A stretch of DNA of 64,000 nucleotides, from positions 1,346,616 to 1,410,615 of the forward strand of contig OZ245843.1 of assembly GCA_965228875.1 (NCBI GenBank). Direction: 5' to 3'. The notes beneath the pieces are model-generated. The model was not told the DNA's origin. It was given only the letters and a program-made list of their open reading frames with translations, and ran no database searches. Made by a program: the position numbers and the translations under genes. Below are positions 9,789 to 20,372 of the stretch, piece by piece (within the stretch, counting starts at the first letter, position 1; each line of letters starts with the position of its first letter). The stretch comes from Thalassobaculaceae bacterium. GTDB taxonomy: Bacteria; Pseudomonadota; Alphaproteobacteria; Thalassobaculales; Thalassobaculaceae.

Positions 9789-9823
9789 CGCCCTCGCCCC
9801 GGGTCCATCCCGGGACGGGGGCG
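9789..9823. terminator. GC-rich hairpin between convergent genes
   Basis: CGCCCTCGCCCCGGG-TCCAT-CCCGGGACGGGGGCG, a 15-bp imperfect stem. Confidence 0.55.
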
Positions 9824-9848
9824 TAATTGTCTGAGCACTTCGCGGCCG

Positions 9849-10319
9849 CTAACCGCCTTCGGCCTCCTGGCAGAGCGCGCCCAGAGCGTCGGCCTCAGCA
9901 TCGTCGAGCCGCTCGCCATTGAAGGTCAGCGCGCCCGAGAGAAGGTCGTATTCGACCGTCCCGACGGTCGCGTCGCCCTGTGCGACCAGAGCGCCGGTTT
10001 CCGATACTCCGTAGACTGACAGCAAGTCGTAGGTCACCTCGAAGGTGATCTCGGTGGGCGTGTTCACCGCAACCGCCCCCGGCAAATCCGCCGGCACGAC
10101 CGCATTACCGTTTGCGTCCACCCCAGGCCGGTAGGCGACATCGCTACTCGGGCGATGGCGAACGAGGCGCGCGCAGTCCGAGGCCGAAACGATGATGGTC
10201 GAGGCAGCGGCCGATGATTCGGGTATTGCCGACATGCCGACAAGAGCGGGGATGACGGCGGCGACCGCGATGGCCCGCGTCAGACCGTTGGAAAACCTTC
10301 GGAATGGAAAGCCGCGCAT
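9849..10319 (-). CDS. hypothetical exported protein
   Basis: Basic N-terminus, hydrophobic stretch and AAA cleavage site; CxxLVRHxPxxDVAYxPGVDxxGxxVxPADL motif; second Cys near the C-terminus. Confidence 0.7.
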   Translation of the reverse strand: MRGFPFRRFSNGLTRAIAVAAVIPALVGMSAIPESSAAASTIIVSASDCARLVRHRPSSDVAYRPGVDANGNAVVPADLPGAVAVNTPTEITFEVTYDLLSVYGVSETGALVAQGDATVGTVEYDLLSGALTFNGERLDDAEADALGALCQEAEGG

Positions 10320-10447
10320 GGCAATGACCGCCTCTCCTGCTCGTGGGATACAAACATACTCGTTAGGATGCAAACATGTTCAAAAATTGTCCGCGGCGCT
10401 GTTTTTTTGGTCGACGCGGTCAGTCCGATCCCCTATGTTTTGACGGC

Positions 10448-10532
10448 AAAGAAAAGACCGCACCGGCGAAGCCGGCACGGCCCGAGTTTAGGGAGGAAAC
10501 GCCATCAGGCGTATGTGATCGCCAAAGATCAC
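10448..10532 (-). ncRNA. SuhB/MmgR (alpha-r8) family small RNA
   Basis: Minus strand reads GTGATC-tttggc-GATCAC hairpin, ACGCC-tgat-GGCGT hairpin, anti-SD TTTCCTCCCT, then terminator GGCCGTGCCGGC-TTC-GCCGGTGCGGTC-TTTTCTTT. This matches the family's three-hairpin layout as recalled. Confidence 0.85.
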
Positions 10533-10538
10533 GATCAA

Positions 10539-10567
10539 AAAATAGGACTCGGCAAAGGGAGTGGCAA
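10539..10567 (-). promoter_or_regulatory. sigma70-type promoter of the sRNA
   Basis: (C)TTGCCA-N17-TATTTT, ending ~7 nt before the first sRNA hairpin. Confidence 0.65.
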
Positions 10568-10704
10568 GGCTTTATCGCCTCAGCCGCTCTTTTTTTTGGC
10601 ATTACGCCAATGAATGTGCATTTTTTGTGCAACTGGTGAATTTCTCACCTGCGCTTTGCCGCGCCGCTATGCACGGCCTTCGCCTCGCGCCTGAGGGTCG
10701 GTGA

Positions 10705-10953
10705 CTACCAGTCCCGAATCATGTCGCGGAACGAAATGAGGTCGGATCGGATCACCTGGTCGATCGCGAGCCAGAGCACGGTGGAGATGACCGTCGTGGC
10801 CAGGATCTTGCGCAGCAGCATCGGACGTTTCGGCGCCCCAGGGTCGTTGCCCGCCTGCCCCGCGTCGTCGCGGCGGACCCCGAACGGCAGCACCATGAAC
10901 AGCACCCACCACCACAGCAGCACATAGACGACGATGCCGGAAACCAGATCCAT
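10705..10953 (-). CDS. DUF1467 family small membrane protein
   Basis: IVVYVLLWWWVLFMVLPFGVR...GNDPGAP...KILATT; typical position after mce. Confidence 0.9.
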   Translation of the reverse strand: MDLVSGIVVYVLLWWWVLFMVLPFGVRRDDAGQAGNDPGAPKRPMLLRKILATTVISTVLWLAIDQVIRSDLISFRDMIRDW

Positions 10954-10962
10954 GACGACGCC

Positions 10963-11367
10963 TCAGACCTGTTCGAGTTCGACCAGGGTGCCGGTGAAGT
11001 CCTTGGGGTGCAGGAACAGCACCGGTTTGCCATGGGCGCCGATCTTCGGCTCGCCGTCGCCAAGCACCCGCGCCCCGCTGGAGGTCAGACGGTCCCGCGC
11101 GGCAAGGATATCTTCCACCTCGTAGCAGACATGGTGAATACCGCCGGATGCGTTCTTCTCCAGGAAGGCGGCGATCGGCGAGCCGTCGCCAAGTGGATGC
11201 AGCAGTTCGATCTTGGTGTTCGGCAGTTCGACGAAGACCACCGTAACGCCGTGTTCCGGCAGATCCTGCGGCATGGAGACGGCCGCACCGAGGGTATCCC
11301 GGTAGGTGGCGGATGCCGTCTCGAGGTCGGGGACGGCGATGGCGACGTGGTTCAGTCGGCCGATCAT
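10963..11367 (-). CDS. mce: methylmalonyl-CoA epimerase
   Basis: MIGRLNHVAIAVPDL, GGIHHVCYEV and GAHGKPVLFLHPKD..GTLVELEQ motifs. Confidence 0.96.
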   Translation of the reverse strand: MIGRLNHVAIAVPDLETASATYRDTLGAAVSMPQDLPEHGVTVVFVELPNTKIELLHPLGDGSPIAAFLEKNASGGIHHVCYEVEDILAARDRLTSSGARVLGDGEPKIGAHGKPVLFLHPKDFTGTLVELEQV

Positions 11368-11381
11368 GGCTTTCGGCTCCT

Positions 11382-13061
11382 TCAGATCCGGACGATATGG
11401 ACGTCGGTCACCGGGCGCTTGTTGAACTCGTTGCGAACGATCCGCCGCACCATACGCCGCGCCGCCTCCCGCACCGGTTCGTCCTCCCGCCGGGCCCGGG
11501 ACGACAGCGAACGCAAGGCGTCCCGCACCGCATCGGCCGCGTCGAGCGCGACATCCTCTGCATCCTCCGGATCGGCCACCCCGACCAGGGTGACGACCGG
11601 ATCCGCCTGCAGCGTTCCGCCGGCATCCAGGACCAGGGTAACGGTCGCCGCGCCGTTGTGCAGCATCCGCCGGCGGTCGCGCAAGGTTTCGGACTGGAGG
11701 CCGAGGATCTGGCCGTCGTCGACGACCTGCGCCCCCTCTCCGTCGACCCACTGGACGATTTCGGCCCGGCCGGAGGCCAGGCGGATCAGGCTGCCGTTCG
11801 ACGGCACCACCGCCTCGGGAACCTGACAGGCCTTGGCGAGGCGCGCGTGCTCGCGCAGGTGGCGCGCGTCGCCATGCACCGGGATGGCGATCCTCGGCCG
11901 CAGCATCTGATACATCTCGGCCAGTTCCTCGCGGGCCGGGTGACCGGAAACGTGGATGCCCGGCTGGTCCTCCGTCGTGACGATCTCGACCCCTCGCGCG
12001 GCGAGCCGGTTCTGCACCCGGGCGATGGCCCGCTCGTTCCCGGGAATCTGGCGCGAGGAGAAGACGCAGATATCGCCCTCCCCGAGGGAGACCTGCGGAT
12101 GCGCCCCATCGGCGATTCGAGCCAGGGCGGCCCTGGACTCCCCCTGACTGCCGGTGCAGATCATGACGATCTTGTCTTCGGGGAAGTATCCCGCTTCGTC
12201 CTCGCGGATGAAGGTCGGCGCGTCCTCGAGATACCCGTTCTCCTTGGCGGCATCGTGCATGCGCCAGAGGGACCGTCCGACCAGGGCGGTCTGCCGGTCG
12301 TTGGCGGCGGCGGCGAACGCAATGCTTTCCAGGCGCGCCACGTTTGAGGCGAAGCAGGCGACCGCAATCCTTCCCTCCCCGTCGTACTGCGCGAACAGTT
12401 CGGTCAGCGCCATGCGCACATCGGCTTCCGACCCGGTACGCCCGGGAACGAACACGTTCGTGCTGTCGCCCATCAGCGCCAGCACCCCTTCGTCGCCGAC
12501 CGCGCGGATGGCGTCGAAATCGGTCGCCGCCCCGACGAAGGGGGTCGGATCGAACTTCCAGTCCCCGCTATGGACCACCGTCCCGGCGCCGCAGCGCACG
12601 ACGATCATGTTCGGCTCCGGAATCGAGTGGGTGACCCGGATCATCTCGATCTCGAACGGGCCGATCACCGCGCTGCCGGACACCGGGATCTCGATCAGTT
12701 CGACCTTCTCCAGCAGTCCGGCATCCACCAGCTTGCGCCGGACCAGGGATGCCGTGAACGGCGTGCAGTAGATCGGGCAACCGAGCCGCTCCCACAGATA
12801 GGGTACGGCACCGATGTGGTCCTCGTGGCCATGGGTCAGCAGCAACCCGCACAACGCGTCGCGATGCGGCTCGATCGGCGAGATGTCGGGCAGGATGACG
12901 TCGACGCCCGGCGTCGTGTCGTCGCCGAAGGTGATGCCGAGATCGACCATCAGCCACTGGCCGGCATAGCCGTACAGGTTCACGTTCATGCCGATCTCGT
13001 CGGAACCGCCGAGCGGCAGGAAGTAGAGATCGTCGTCGTTCGGGTCGAGGGCGAGGCTCAT
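11382..13061 (-). CDS. rnj: ribonuclease J
   Basis: PLGG..EIGMN, THGHEDHIG, HSIPE, HSGDWK, DSTN, TGSQGE and HVSGH motifs. Confidence 0.96.
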   Translation of the reverse strand: MSLALDPNDDDLYFLPLGGSDEIGMNVNLYGYAGQWLMVDLGITFGDDTTPGVDVILPDISPIEPHRDALCGLLLTHGHEDHIGAVPYLWERLGCPIYCTPFTASLVRRKLVDAGLLEKVELIEIPVSGSAVIGPFEIEMIRVTHSIPEPNMIVVRCGAGTVVHSGDWKFDPTPFVGAATDFDAIRAVGDEGVLALMGDSTNVFVPGRTGSEADVRMALTELFAQYDGEGRIAVACFASNVARLESIAFAAAANDRQTALVGRSLWRMHDAAKENGYLEDAPTFIREDEAGYFPEDKIVMICTGSQGESRAALARIADGAHPQVSLGEGDICVFSSRQIPGNERAIARVQNRLAARGVEIVTTEDQPGIHVSGHPAREELAEMYQMLRPRIAIPVHGDARHLREHARLAKACQVPEAVVPSNGSLIRLASGRAEIVQWVDGEGAQVVDDGQILGLQSETLRDRRRMLHNGAATVTLVLDAGGTLQADPVVTLVGVADPEDAEDVALDAADAVRDALRSLSSRARREDEPVREAARRMVRRIVRNEFNKRPVTDVHIVRI

Positions 13062-13876
13062 GCGGCGTCCACCCGGCCCCGGTTTCTATCGTGGATCATG
13101 CGCAGCCCCGTCAGCGTCAGATCGTCGTCGACGATTTCGAGGACCGACGTCCAGTCGGCGAACAGCGCTGCCAGACCGCCGGTGCCGACGACCTTCATCG
13201 GTCGGCCGTACTCGGCTCGGATGCGGTCCACCAGACCTTCGATCATCGCGACGTATCCCCAGAAAATTCCCGAATGCATGGCCGAACGGGTGTTCTTGCC
13301 GATCACCCGCACCGGGTCGTTGTCGCCGGGCACGCGCTCCGGCGGACGGATTGCGACCCGGGGCAGCTGGGCGGCGGCCATGTACAGTGCCTCGAGCGAC
13401 AGGTTGATGCCCGGACAGATGACCCCGCCGGCATAGGCGCCGTCCTGCTCGACCACGTCGAACGTCGTGGCGGTGCCGAAATCGACAATGATCAGCGGTC
13501 CGCCATACAGGTCGTGGGCCGCGACGGCATTCACGACCCGGTCGGCGCCGACCTCTTCCGGCCGGTCGATCCGCACTTCGATGCCGAGATCGGTCGGCCG
13601 TTCGCCGATCACCATGGCTTCGATCGCGAAATGCTTGCGGCACAGGGTCTTCAGGTTGAACAGGGTGGCGGGCACCACGGTCGCGATGATGACGCTTTCG
13701 ATCCGGTCGGTGGCAAGATCGTCGAGCGCCATCAGCTGGGTCAGCCAGACCGCGTATTCGTCGGCCGTCCGGTCCGCATTGGTCGACGTCCGCCAGGCGC
13801 CGAGCGGTTCCTTCCGCCCTTCCTCATAGACGGCGAACACCGTGTTGGTGTTGCCGCAATCGATAACCAGCAGCAT
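13058..13876 (-). CDS. coaX: type III pantothenate kinase
   Basis: IDCGNTNT, VGADRVVN, VDFGTATTFD, GGVICPG and TGG motifs. Confidence 0.96.
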   Translation of the reverse strand: MLLVIDCGNTNTVFAVYEEGRKEPLGAWRTSTNADRTADEYAVWLTQLMALDDLATDRIESVIIATVVPATLFNLKTLCRKHFAIEAMVIGERPTDLGIEVRIDRPEEVGADRVVNAVAAHDLYGGPLIIVDFGTATTFDVVEQDGAYAGGVICPGINLSLEALYMAAAQLPRVAIRPPERVPGDNDPVRVIGKNTRSAMHSGIFWGYVAMIEGLVDRIRAEYGRPMKVVGTGGLAALFADWTSVLEIVDDDLTLTGLRMIHDRNRGRVDAA

Positions 13877-13934
13877 CTGCCCATCCCGGGTCTGGTGGCG
13901 TCGCAGGGCGGCCCGCGGCCGAACTCGCGGCCGG

Positions 13935-15386
13935 TCACGCGCCCAGCAGGCTCGCGGCGGCGGCGGCGGCGGAGTCGTAGACTGGCGAGAGCACGAGGAA
14001 GAACAGGACGGTCACCACAGCAGAGCCGAACAGGATCACACGCAGATCCCTGGAAACGGCCCCGTCGAGCGGCTGCTCCGCCTCGTCGAAATACATGATC
14101 TTGACGATCCGCAGGTAGTAGAAGGCCCCGACCACGCTTGCCAGCACGCCGACGATGGCGAGGCCGACCAGACCGGCATCGATCGCCGCCATGAAGACGT
14201 ACCACTTGCCGAAGAACCCGGCGAGTGGCGGGATACCGGCCATCGAGAACATAAAGATCATCAGGGCCAGCGCCATCATCGGATGGGTGCGCGACAGACC
14301 AGCGAGATCCGAGAGGTTCTCCACCAGCCGCCGGTCCCGGCGCATGCCGAGGATGACGGCGAAGGTCCCGATGTTCATGAAGATGTAGGTCGCCATGTAG
14401 ATCATGACGCCGGTCACGCCCGCCTCGGTTCCGGCGGCGATGCCAACCAGGGCGTAGCCCATATGCCCGATCGAGCTGTACGCCATCAGTCGCTTGATGT
14501 TGGTCTGCATGATCGCCGCCAACGCTCCGACGACCATGGAGGCGAGCGAGACGAACACGACGATCTGCTGCCAGGCGGCGACCTGGTCGCCGAAGGGATC
14601 GATCATCACCCGCAGGAACAGGCCGATGGCCGCCACCTTGGGCGCAACCGCGAACAGGGCCGTCACCGGCGTCGGCGCGCCCTCGTAGACATCCGGCGTC
14701 CACATGTGGAACGGCACGGCCGAGACCTTGAAGGCGAGACCGGCAACCAGGAAGACAAGGCCGATCACGAGCCCGGTGGAGGGCGACGCGCCGTCGCCGA
14801 GCACGGTGGCAAGGCCCTCGAAACTGGTAGTTCCGGTGAAACCGTAAATCATCGAGCAGCCGTACAGGAGCATTCCCGAACTCAGCGCCCCGAGAACGAA
14901 GTACTTCAGTCCGGCCTCGGTCGACTTCAGGGTGTCGCGGCGGATCGAGGCGACCACGTAGAGCGCCAGGCTCTGCAGCTCGAGCCCCATGTACAGCATG
15001 ATCAGGTCGTTGGCCGACACCATCAGCAGCATGCCGAGGGTGGCGAACAGGATCAGCACCGGGTACTCGAACCGGCCGGCCTGCTCGCGCCGGAGATAGT
15101 CGAGCGACAGGACGACCGAGAAGCCGGAGCCGAGCAGGATCAGGATCTTGGTGAACTGGGCGAACCCTTCGGTCACGAACAGACCCTGGAACGCCTCGCC
15201 CGCGCCGCCTTCGAGAACCACCAGAACGGCGGCCACCGCGAAGGCAGCGACCGTGGCCCAGGACAGCCCCTTCAGACTGTCCTCGCCCCTGAATACCCCG
15301 ACCATGAGCAGCGCCATCCCGGCGACCGCCAGGAAGATCTCCGCCGACGCCGGAGCCATGATCGGAAGGGTCGTCACCGCGTCCAT
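13935..15386 (-). CDS. nuoN: NADH-quinone oxidoreductase subunit N
   Basis: [42 protein letters not shown] and [11 protein letters not shown] motifs. Confidence 0.98.
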   Translation of the reverse strand: MDAVTTLPIMAPASAEIFLAVAGMALLMVGVFRGEDSLKGLSWATVAAFAVAAVLVVLEGGAGEAFQGLFVTEGFAQFTKILILLGSGFSVVLSLDYLRREQAGRFEYPVLILFATLGMLLMVSANDLIMLYMGLELQSLALYVVASIRRDTLKSTEAGLKYFVLGALSSGMLLYGCSMIYGFTGTTSFEGLATVLGDGASPSTGLVIGLVFLVAGLAFKVSAVPFHMWTPDVYEGAPTPVTALFAVAPKVAAIGLFLRVMIDPFGDQVAAWQQIVVFVSLASMVVGALAAIMQTNIKRLMAYSSIGHMGYALVGIAAGTEAGVTGVMIYMATYIFMNIGTFAVILGMRRDRRLVENLSDLAGLSRTHPMMALALMIFMFSMAGIPPLAGFFGKWYVFMAAIDAGLVGLAIVGVLASVVGAFYYLRIVKIMYFDEAEQPLDGAVSRDLRVILFGSAVVTVLFFLVLSPVYDSAAAAAASLLGA

Positions 15387-15405
15387 GTCCGTGCTCCCAG
15401 CCGCC

Positions 15406-16917
15406 TCAACGGGCGGCCATGGCGGTGCCGGCTTCGCCGAGCGCCACCTTGTAGTTGGTGATCAGATTCTCCACCGACACCGACATCAGGTCGGTGAAGG
15501 TCGACGGATAGATGCCCATCCACAGCACCAGCACGACCAGCGGCGCGAAGACCAGGATCTCCCGCGGGCTCAGGTCGAGCAGCGCCTTGAGCTGCTCCTT
15601 CTCCAGTTTGCCGAAGATGACCCGGCGGTAGAGGTAGAGCATGTAGGCCGCCCCCAGGATCAGGCCGGTCGCCGTGAAGGCCGCCAGCCAGGTGTTGACC
15701 TGGAAGGCGCCGGCCAGGATTAGCAGTTCGCCGACGAAACCGCTGGTGCCCGGCAGGCCGACCGACGCCATCATGAACAGCATGAAGATCAGCGCATAGC
15801 GCGGCATGTTCTCGGCGAGGCCGCCATAGGCATCGATCTCGCGGGTGTGCATTCGGTCGTACACCACGCCCACACACAGGAACAGTGCACCGGAGACGAT
15901 GCCGTGGGACAGCATCTGGAAGATCGAGCCTTCCACGCCCTGGGTCGTCATCGTGAACATGCCGATCGTCACGAAGCCCATATGGGCCACCGACGAATAG
16001 GCGATCAGCTTCTTCATGTCCGTCTGCACCAGCGCCACCAGCGAGGTGTAGATCACGGCGACGACGCTCAGGGAGTAAACCAGCGGCGCGAAGAAGTCGG
16101 AGGCTTCCGGGAACATCGGGATGGAAAACCGCAGGAAGCCGTAGCCCCCCATTTTCAGCAGCACGCCGGCCAGGATCACGGACCCGGCGGTCGGCGCCTC
16201 CACGTGAGCGTCCGGCAGCCAGGTGTGGACGGGCCACATCGGCACCTTGACCGCGAAGGAGGCGAAGAACGCGAGCCACAGCCAGGTCTGCACCGACGCC
16301 GCGAACCGGGTCTCCATCAGCGCCGGGATGTCGGTCGACCCCGCCTGCCAGTACATGGCCAGGATGGCCAGAAGCATCAGGACCGAGCCCGCCAGGGTAT
16401 AGAGGAAGAACTTGAACGCGGCGTAGACGCGGCGCGCCCCGCCCCACACCCCGATGATGAGAAACATCGGGATCAGGACGGCCTCGAAGAAGATGTAGAA
16501 CAGGAAGATGTCCAGGGCGCAGAACATGCCGACCATCATGGTCTCGAGGACCAGGAAGGCGATCATGTACTCCCGCACCCGGTTCTGCACCGCCTCCCAA
16601 CTCGCGACGATGCAGATCGGCGTCAGCAGGGTCGAGAGCAGCACGAACCAGACCGAGATGCCATCGACCCCCATGTGGTAGGCGATCGACGATCCGGGGA
16701 TCCAGTCGACCTTCTGGACGAGCTGGAATTCGGCCGTGTTCGGATCGAAATAGGTCAGGATCAGCAGCGAGATCAGGAACACCGAGCCGGACGCGACCAG
16801 CGCCAGCCAGCGCGACGAGTTGGCCACCTGTTCCGGGGTCCCGCGGACCGTGAGGATGAACGCCACCCCGAGCAGGGGCCCGAACGTGACGATCGTCAGA
16901 AGCCAGTGTTCGAGCAT
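15406..16917 (-). CDS. nuoM: NADH-quinone oxidoreductase subunit M
   Basis: [30 protein letters not shown] and [13 protein letters not shown] motifs; start placed at ATG 16917. Confidence 0.98.
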   Translation of the reverse strand: MLEHWLLTIVTFGPLLGVAFILTVRGTPEQVANSSRWLALVASGSVFLISLLILTYFDPNTAEFQLVQKVDWIPGSSIAYHMGVDGISVWFVLLSTLLTPICIVASWEAVQNRVREYMIAFLVLETMMVGMFCALDIFLFYIFFEAVLIPMFLIIGVWGGARRVYAAFKFFLYTLAGSVLMLLAILAMYWQAGSTDIPALMETRFAASVQTWLWLAFFASFAVKVPMWPVHTWLPDAHVEAPTAGSVILAGVLLKMGGYGFLRFSIPMFPEASDFFAPLVYSLSVVAVIYTSLVALVQTDMKKLIAYSSVAHMGFVTIGMFTMTTQGVEGSIFQMLSHGIVSGALFLCVGVVYDRMHTREIDAYGGLAENMPRYALIFMLFMMASVGLPGTSGFVGELLILAGAFQVNTWLAAFTATGLILGAAYMLYLYRRVIFGKLEKEQLKALLDLSPREILVFAPLVVLVLWMGIYPSTFTDLMSVSVENLITNYKVALGEAGTAMAAR

Positions 16918-16921
16918 CGGC

Positions 16922-18853
16922 TCAACCCCCGAAGGCCAGGTACCAGGAGACCAGCGCCACGACACCGATCAGCATGGCGAATGCGTAATGGTAGAGGTAG
17001 CCGGTCTGCAGTCGGGCCACCTGCCCCGCGCACCAGCGCGTCATGGCGCTAACGCCGTCCGGACCGAACCCGTTGATGATGGTGCCGTCGCCGGTCTTCC
17101 AGAACGCCAGTCCGGCCTGCCAGGAGCGCTTCACGAACAGCCAGTCGTACAGTTCGTCGAAGTACCACTTGTTCAGCAGGAACAGGTAGAGCGGCCGGAT
17201 GGCGGCGACGGCCCTGGCCGGGATCTCGGGCCGAAGGATATAGGCGACATAGGCCGCGGCGATGCCGGCGACAGCGACCGCGATCGGCAGCAGCTTCACC
17301 CAGGTCGGCACATGGTGGGCCGCCTCGACCGTGTTGTTCTCCTCCAGCACCTTGATCGCCGAACCCCAGAACGCGTCCATGCCCTGGCCGACGAAGGCGT
17401 CGTAGCCGACAAAGCCGCTGAACACCGCGCCGATCGCCAGAACGATAAGCGGGATGAGCATGACCGGCGGTGACTCGTGCGCATGGTCGAGCGTGTGCTT
17501 GTCCATGCGCGGAGTGCCGTGGAACGTCATGAACAGCAGCCGCCAGGAGTAGAACGCCGTCAGGAGCGCGGCGATGATGCCGGCCCAGAACGCGAACAGG
17601 CCGACGCCGGAATGGTCGGCATAGGCGGCCTCGAGAATGATGTCCTTGGAGTAGAACCCGGCGAAGAACGGCAGACCGGCCAATGCCAGGCTGCCGATCC
17701 AGAACATGGCGTAGGTCCAGGGGATCTTGCGCCAGATCCCGCCCATCCTGCGCATGTCCTGCTCGTCGTGCAGCGCGTGGATCACCGATCCGGCCGACAG
17801 GAACAGCAGCGCCTTGAAGAAGGCGTGGGTCATCAGGTGGAAGATGGCCGCCGAATAGGCAGAGACGCCGAGGGCGAAGAACATGTAGCCGAGCTGCGAA
17901 CAGGTCGAATAGGCGATCACCCGCTTGATGTCGTTCTGGGTCGTGCCGACGGTTGCGGCGAAGAACGCCGTCGCCGCGCCGACCACCGTGACGACCATGA
18001 GCGCCGTCGGGGCGTACTCGAAGAGCGGCGACATCCGCGCCACCAGGAACACACCGGCGGTCACCATCGTGGCGGCATGGATCAGCGCCGAGACCGGGGT
18101 CGGCCCCTCCATCGCGTCCGGCAGCCAGGTGTGCAGCCCGAGCTGGGCCGATTTGCCCATGGCGCCGATGAACAGCAGGATGGCGATCACCGTCAGGGCA
18201 TCGACCTCGTCCCACCAGAGGAAGTCGAACGTCGTGCCCGCCATTTCCGGAGCCGAAGCGAAGATCGCGTCGAAGCTCACGGCGTCGAACAGCAGGAAAC
18301 AGCCGAAGATCCCCAAGGCGAACCCGAAATCGCCGACCCGGTTGACCACGAAGGCCTTGATCGCGGCGGCGTTGGCGCTGGGGCGATCGTACCAGAATCC
18401 GATCAGCAGGTATGAGGCGACGCCCACCCCCTCCCAGCCGAAGAAGAGCTGGATCAGGTTGTCGGACGTGACGAGCATCAGCATGGCGAACGTGAAGAAC
18501 GACAGATACGCCATGAACCGCGGAATGGACGCGTCGTGGCTCATGTAGCCGATGGAATAGACGTGGACCATGGACGACACCACGGTGACCACGATCACCA
18601 TCACCGCCGTCAGGGTGTCCCAACGCAGCGCCCAACTCGCCTCGAAGCTGCCGCTGTCGATCCAGGTGAACAGTTCGATCACCTGGGTGCGCCCCTGGAT
18701 GGCGACCTCCCAGAAAGCGACGACGCCGAGCGCGGCGGAGGCCAGCATGGCGCCGCAGGTCACGAGCTGTGCGCCCCGATTGCCCAGTCGCCTGTTGCCG
18801 AAGCCCGCGATGAGCGCGCCGATGAGCGGGAGAAAGACGATCGCGGCGTACAT
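16922..18853 (-). CDS. nuoL: NADH-quinone oxidoreductase subunit L
   Basis: [45 protein letters not shown] and [10 protein letters not shown] motifs. Confidence 0.99.
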   Translation of the reverse strand: MYAAIVFLPLIGALIAGFGNRRLGNRGAQLVTCGAMLASAALGVVAFWEVAIQGRTQVIELFTWIDSGSFEASWALRWDTLTAVMVIVVTVVSSMVHVYSIGYMSHDASIPRFMAYLSFFTFAMLMLVTSDNLIQLFFGWEGVGVASYLLIGFWYDRPSANAAAIKAFVVNRVGDFGFALGIFGCFLLFDAVSFDAIFASAPEMAGTTFDFLWWDEVDALTVIAILLFIGAMGKSAQLGLHTWLPDAMEGPTPVSALIHAATMVTAGVFLVARMSPLFEYAPTALMVVTVVGAATAFFAATVGTTQNDIKRVIAYSTCSQLGYMFFALGVSAYSAAIFHLMTHAFFKALLFLSAGSVIHALHDEQDMRRMGGIWRKIPWTYAMFWIGSLALAGLPFFAGFYSKDIILEAAYADHSGVGLFAFWAGIIAALLTAFYSWRLLFMTFHGTPRMDKHTLDHAHESPPVMLIPLIVLAIGAVFSGFVGYDAFVGQGMDAFWGSAIKVLEENNTVEAAHHVPTWVKLLPIAVAVAGIAAAYVAYILRPEIPARAVAAIRPLYLFLLNKWYFDELYDWLFVKRSWQAGLAFWKTGDGTIINGFGPDGVSAMTRWCAGQVARLQTGYLYHYAFAMLIGVVALVSWYLAFGG

Positions 18854-18857
18854 CGGC

Positions 18858-19166
18858 TCAGCCCTTCATCAGGTTGACGTCTTCGACCGCGATGGACCCG
18901 CGGTTGCGGAAGAAGACCACGAGGATGGCGAGGCCGATCGCCGCTTCGGCCGCGGCGACGGTCAGCACGAAGACGGCGAAGACCTGACCCACCAGGTCCC
19001 CCAGTTCGGTCGAGAACGCGACGAAGTTGATGTTGACCGCCAGCAGCATGAGTTCGATCGACATCAGGATGATGATGACGTTCTTGCGGTTCACGAAGAT
19101 CCCGAAGATCCCGAGCGTGAACAGGATCGCGGCAACCGTCAGGTAGTGGCCAAGCGCGATTTCCAT
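18858..19166 (-). CDS. nuoK: NADH-quinone oxidoreductase subunit K
   Basis: [14 protein letters not shown] and [12 protein letters not shown] motifs. Confidence 0.98.
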   Translation of the reverse strand: MEIALGHYLTVAAILFTLGIFGIFVNRKNVIIILMSIELMLLAVNINFVAFSTELGDLVGQVFAVFVLTVAAAEAAIGLAILVVFFRNRGSIAVEDVNLMKG

Positions 19167-19167
19167 C

Positions 19168-19782
19168 TCAGACCCCTCCCCCGCGGGTCACCTTGACGAC
19201 TTCGACGACGTCCTCCGGCCGGCGCAGGTTCTGCGCCTCGATCGACTGGCGCTTGACGTCAGGGCGATGCCGCAGCGTGAGCACGATGGCGCCGATCATG
19301 GCAATCAGGAGAACGATCCCCGACGCCTGAAACGCCAGGACATAGCGCGTGTAGATCACCTGGCCGAGGGCGGTCGTGTTGGTCACCTCCTCGACCGGCG
19401 GGATCGGTGCGGCGGCGGTGGCGTTCACCTCGGGCACGACGGTCCAGGCGCCGGCAACCAGGACCAGCTCCGCCAGCAGGACCAGCCCGATCAGTGCCCC
19501 CACCGGCAGGTAGCGGTTGAAGCCCTGGCGCAGCTCCACGAAGTTGATGTCGAGCATCATGACGACGAACAGGAACAGCACGGCGACCGCCCCGACATAG
19601 ACCACGACCAGGATCATCGCCAGGAACTCGGCCCCCATCAGGACGAACAGGCCGGCGGCGTTGAAGAAGGCCAGGATCAGGAACAGCACCGAATGCACGG
19701 GGTTGCGCGACGAGATGACCATCACGCCCGATGCGACCGCCACGAAGGCGAACAGGTAGAAGACTAAGGCCTGTAGAGCCAT
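19168..19782 (-). CDS. nuoJ: NADH-quinone oxidoreductase subunit J
   Basis: [11 protein letters not shown] and [17 protein letters not shown] motifs. Confidence 0.98.
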   Translation of the reverse strand: MALQALVFYLFAFVAVASGVMVISSRNPVHSVLFLILAFFNAAGLFVLMGAEFLAMILVVVYVGAVAVLFLFVVMMLDINFVELRQGFNRYLPVGALIGLVLLAELVLVAGAWTVVPEVNATAAAPIPPVEEVTNTTALGQVIYTRYVLAFQASGIVLLIAMIGAIVLTLRHRPDVKRQSIEAQNLRRPEDVVEVVKVTRGGGV

Positions 19783-19863
19783 GCCGATCCCTTTCCCGGT
19801 CTTTCGACCCGATACCGATCTTTCACAATCGGTTACCCCGCGTTCCTGACCCGATCTCTTAGA

Positions 19864-20352
19864 TCATCGGTACGGCGCGTCGGCCATCAGATTGCGGCTG
19901 ATCTCGACCTCCCAGCGGTCGCCGTTCGCGAGCAGCTTGTCCTTGTTGTAGAACAGCTCCTCACGGGTTTCCGTGGCGAACTCGAAATTCGGTCCCTCGA
20001 CGATCGCATCCACCGGACACGCTTCCTGGCAGAAGCCGCAGTAGATGCACTTCGTCATGTCGATGTCGTAGCGCGTCGTCCGCCTGGAGCCGTCTTCGCG
20101 CGGTTCGGCCTCGATGGTGATGGCCTGCGCCGGGCAGATCGCCTCGCACAGCTTGCAGGCGATGCAGCGCTCCTCGCCGTTCGGATAGCGTCGCAGCGCA
20201 TGCTCGCCGCGAAAACGCGGGCTAAGCGGTCCCTTCTCGTAGGGATAGTTCAGCGTCACCTTCGGACGGAAGAAGTACTTCAGCGTCAGCGTCATGCCCG
20301 AGACGAGTTCGGACAGCAACAGGCTCTTGGCGCGGTATTCGACGGAAGCCAT
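19864..20352 (-). CDS. nuoI: NADH-quinone oxidoreductase subunit I
   Basis: Two CxxCxxCxxxCP motifs; [11 protein letters not shown]. Confidence 0.99.
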   Translation of the reverse strand: MASVEYRAKSLLLSELVSGMTLTLKYFFRPKVTLNYPYEKGPLSPRFRGEHALRRYPNGEERCIACKLCEAICPAQAITIEAEPREDGSRRTTRYDIDMTKCIYCGFCQEACPVDAIVEGPNFEFATETREELFYNKDKLLANGDRWEVEISRNLMADAPYR

Positions 20353-20372
20353 GGCCTAGCCCCTTCCTTTCC

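Noticed and set aside
10368..10639. Small ORFs on both strands (70-87 aa)
   Set aside because: AT-rich with atypical codon usage; the region is better explained by the sRNA and its promoter.
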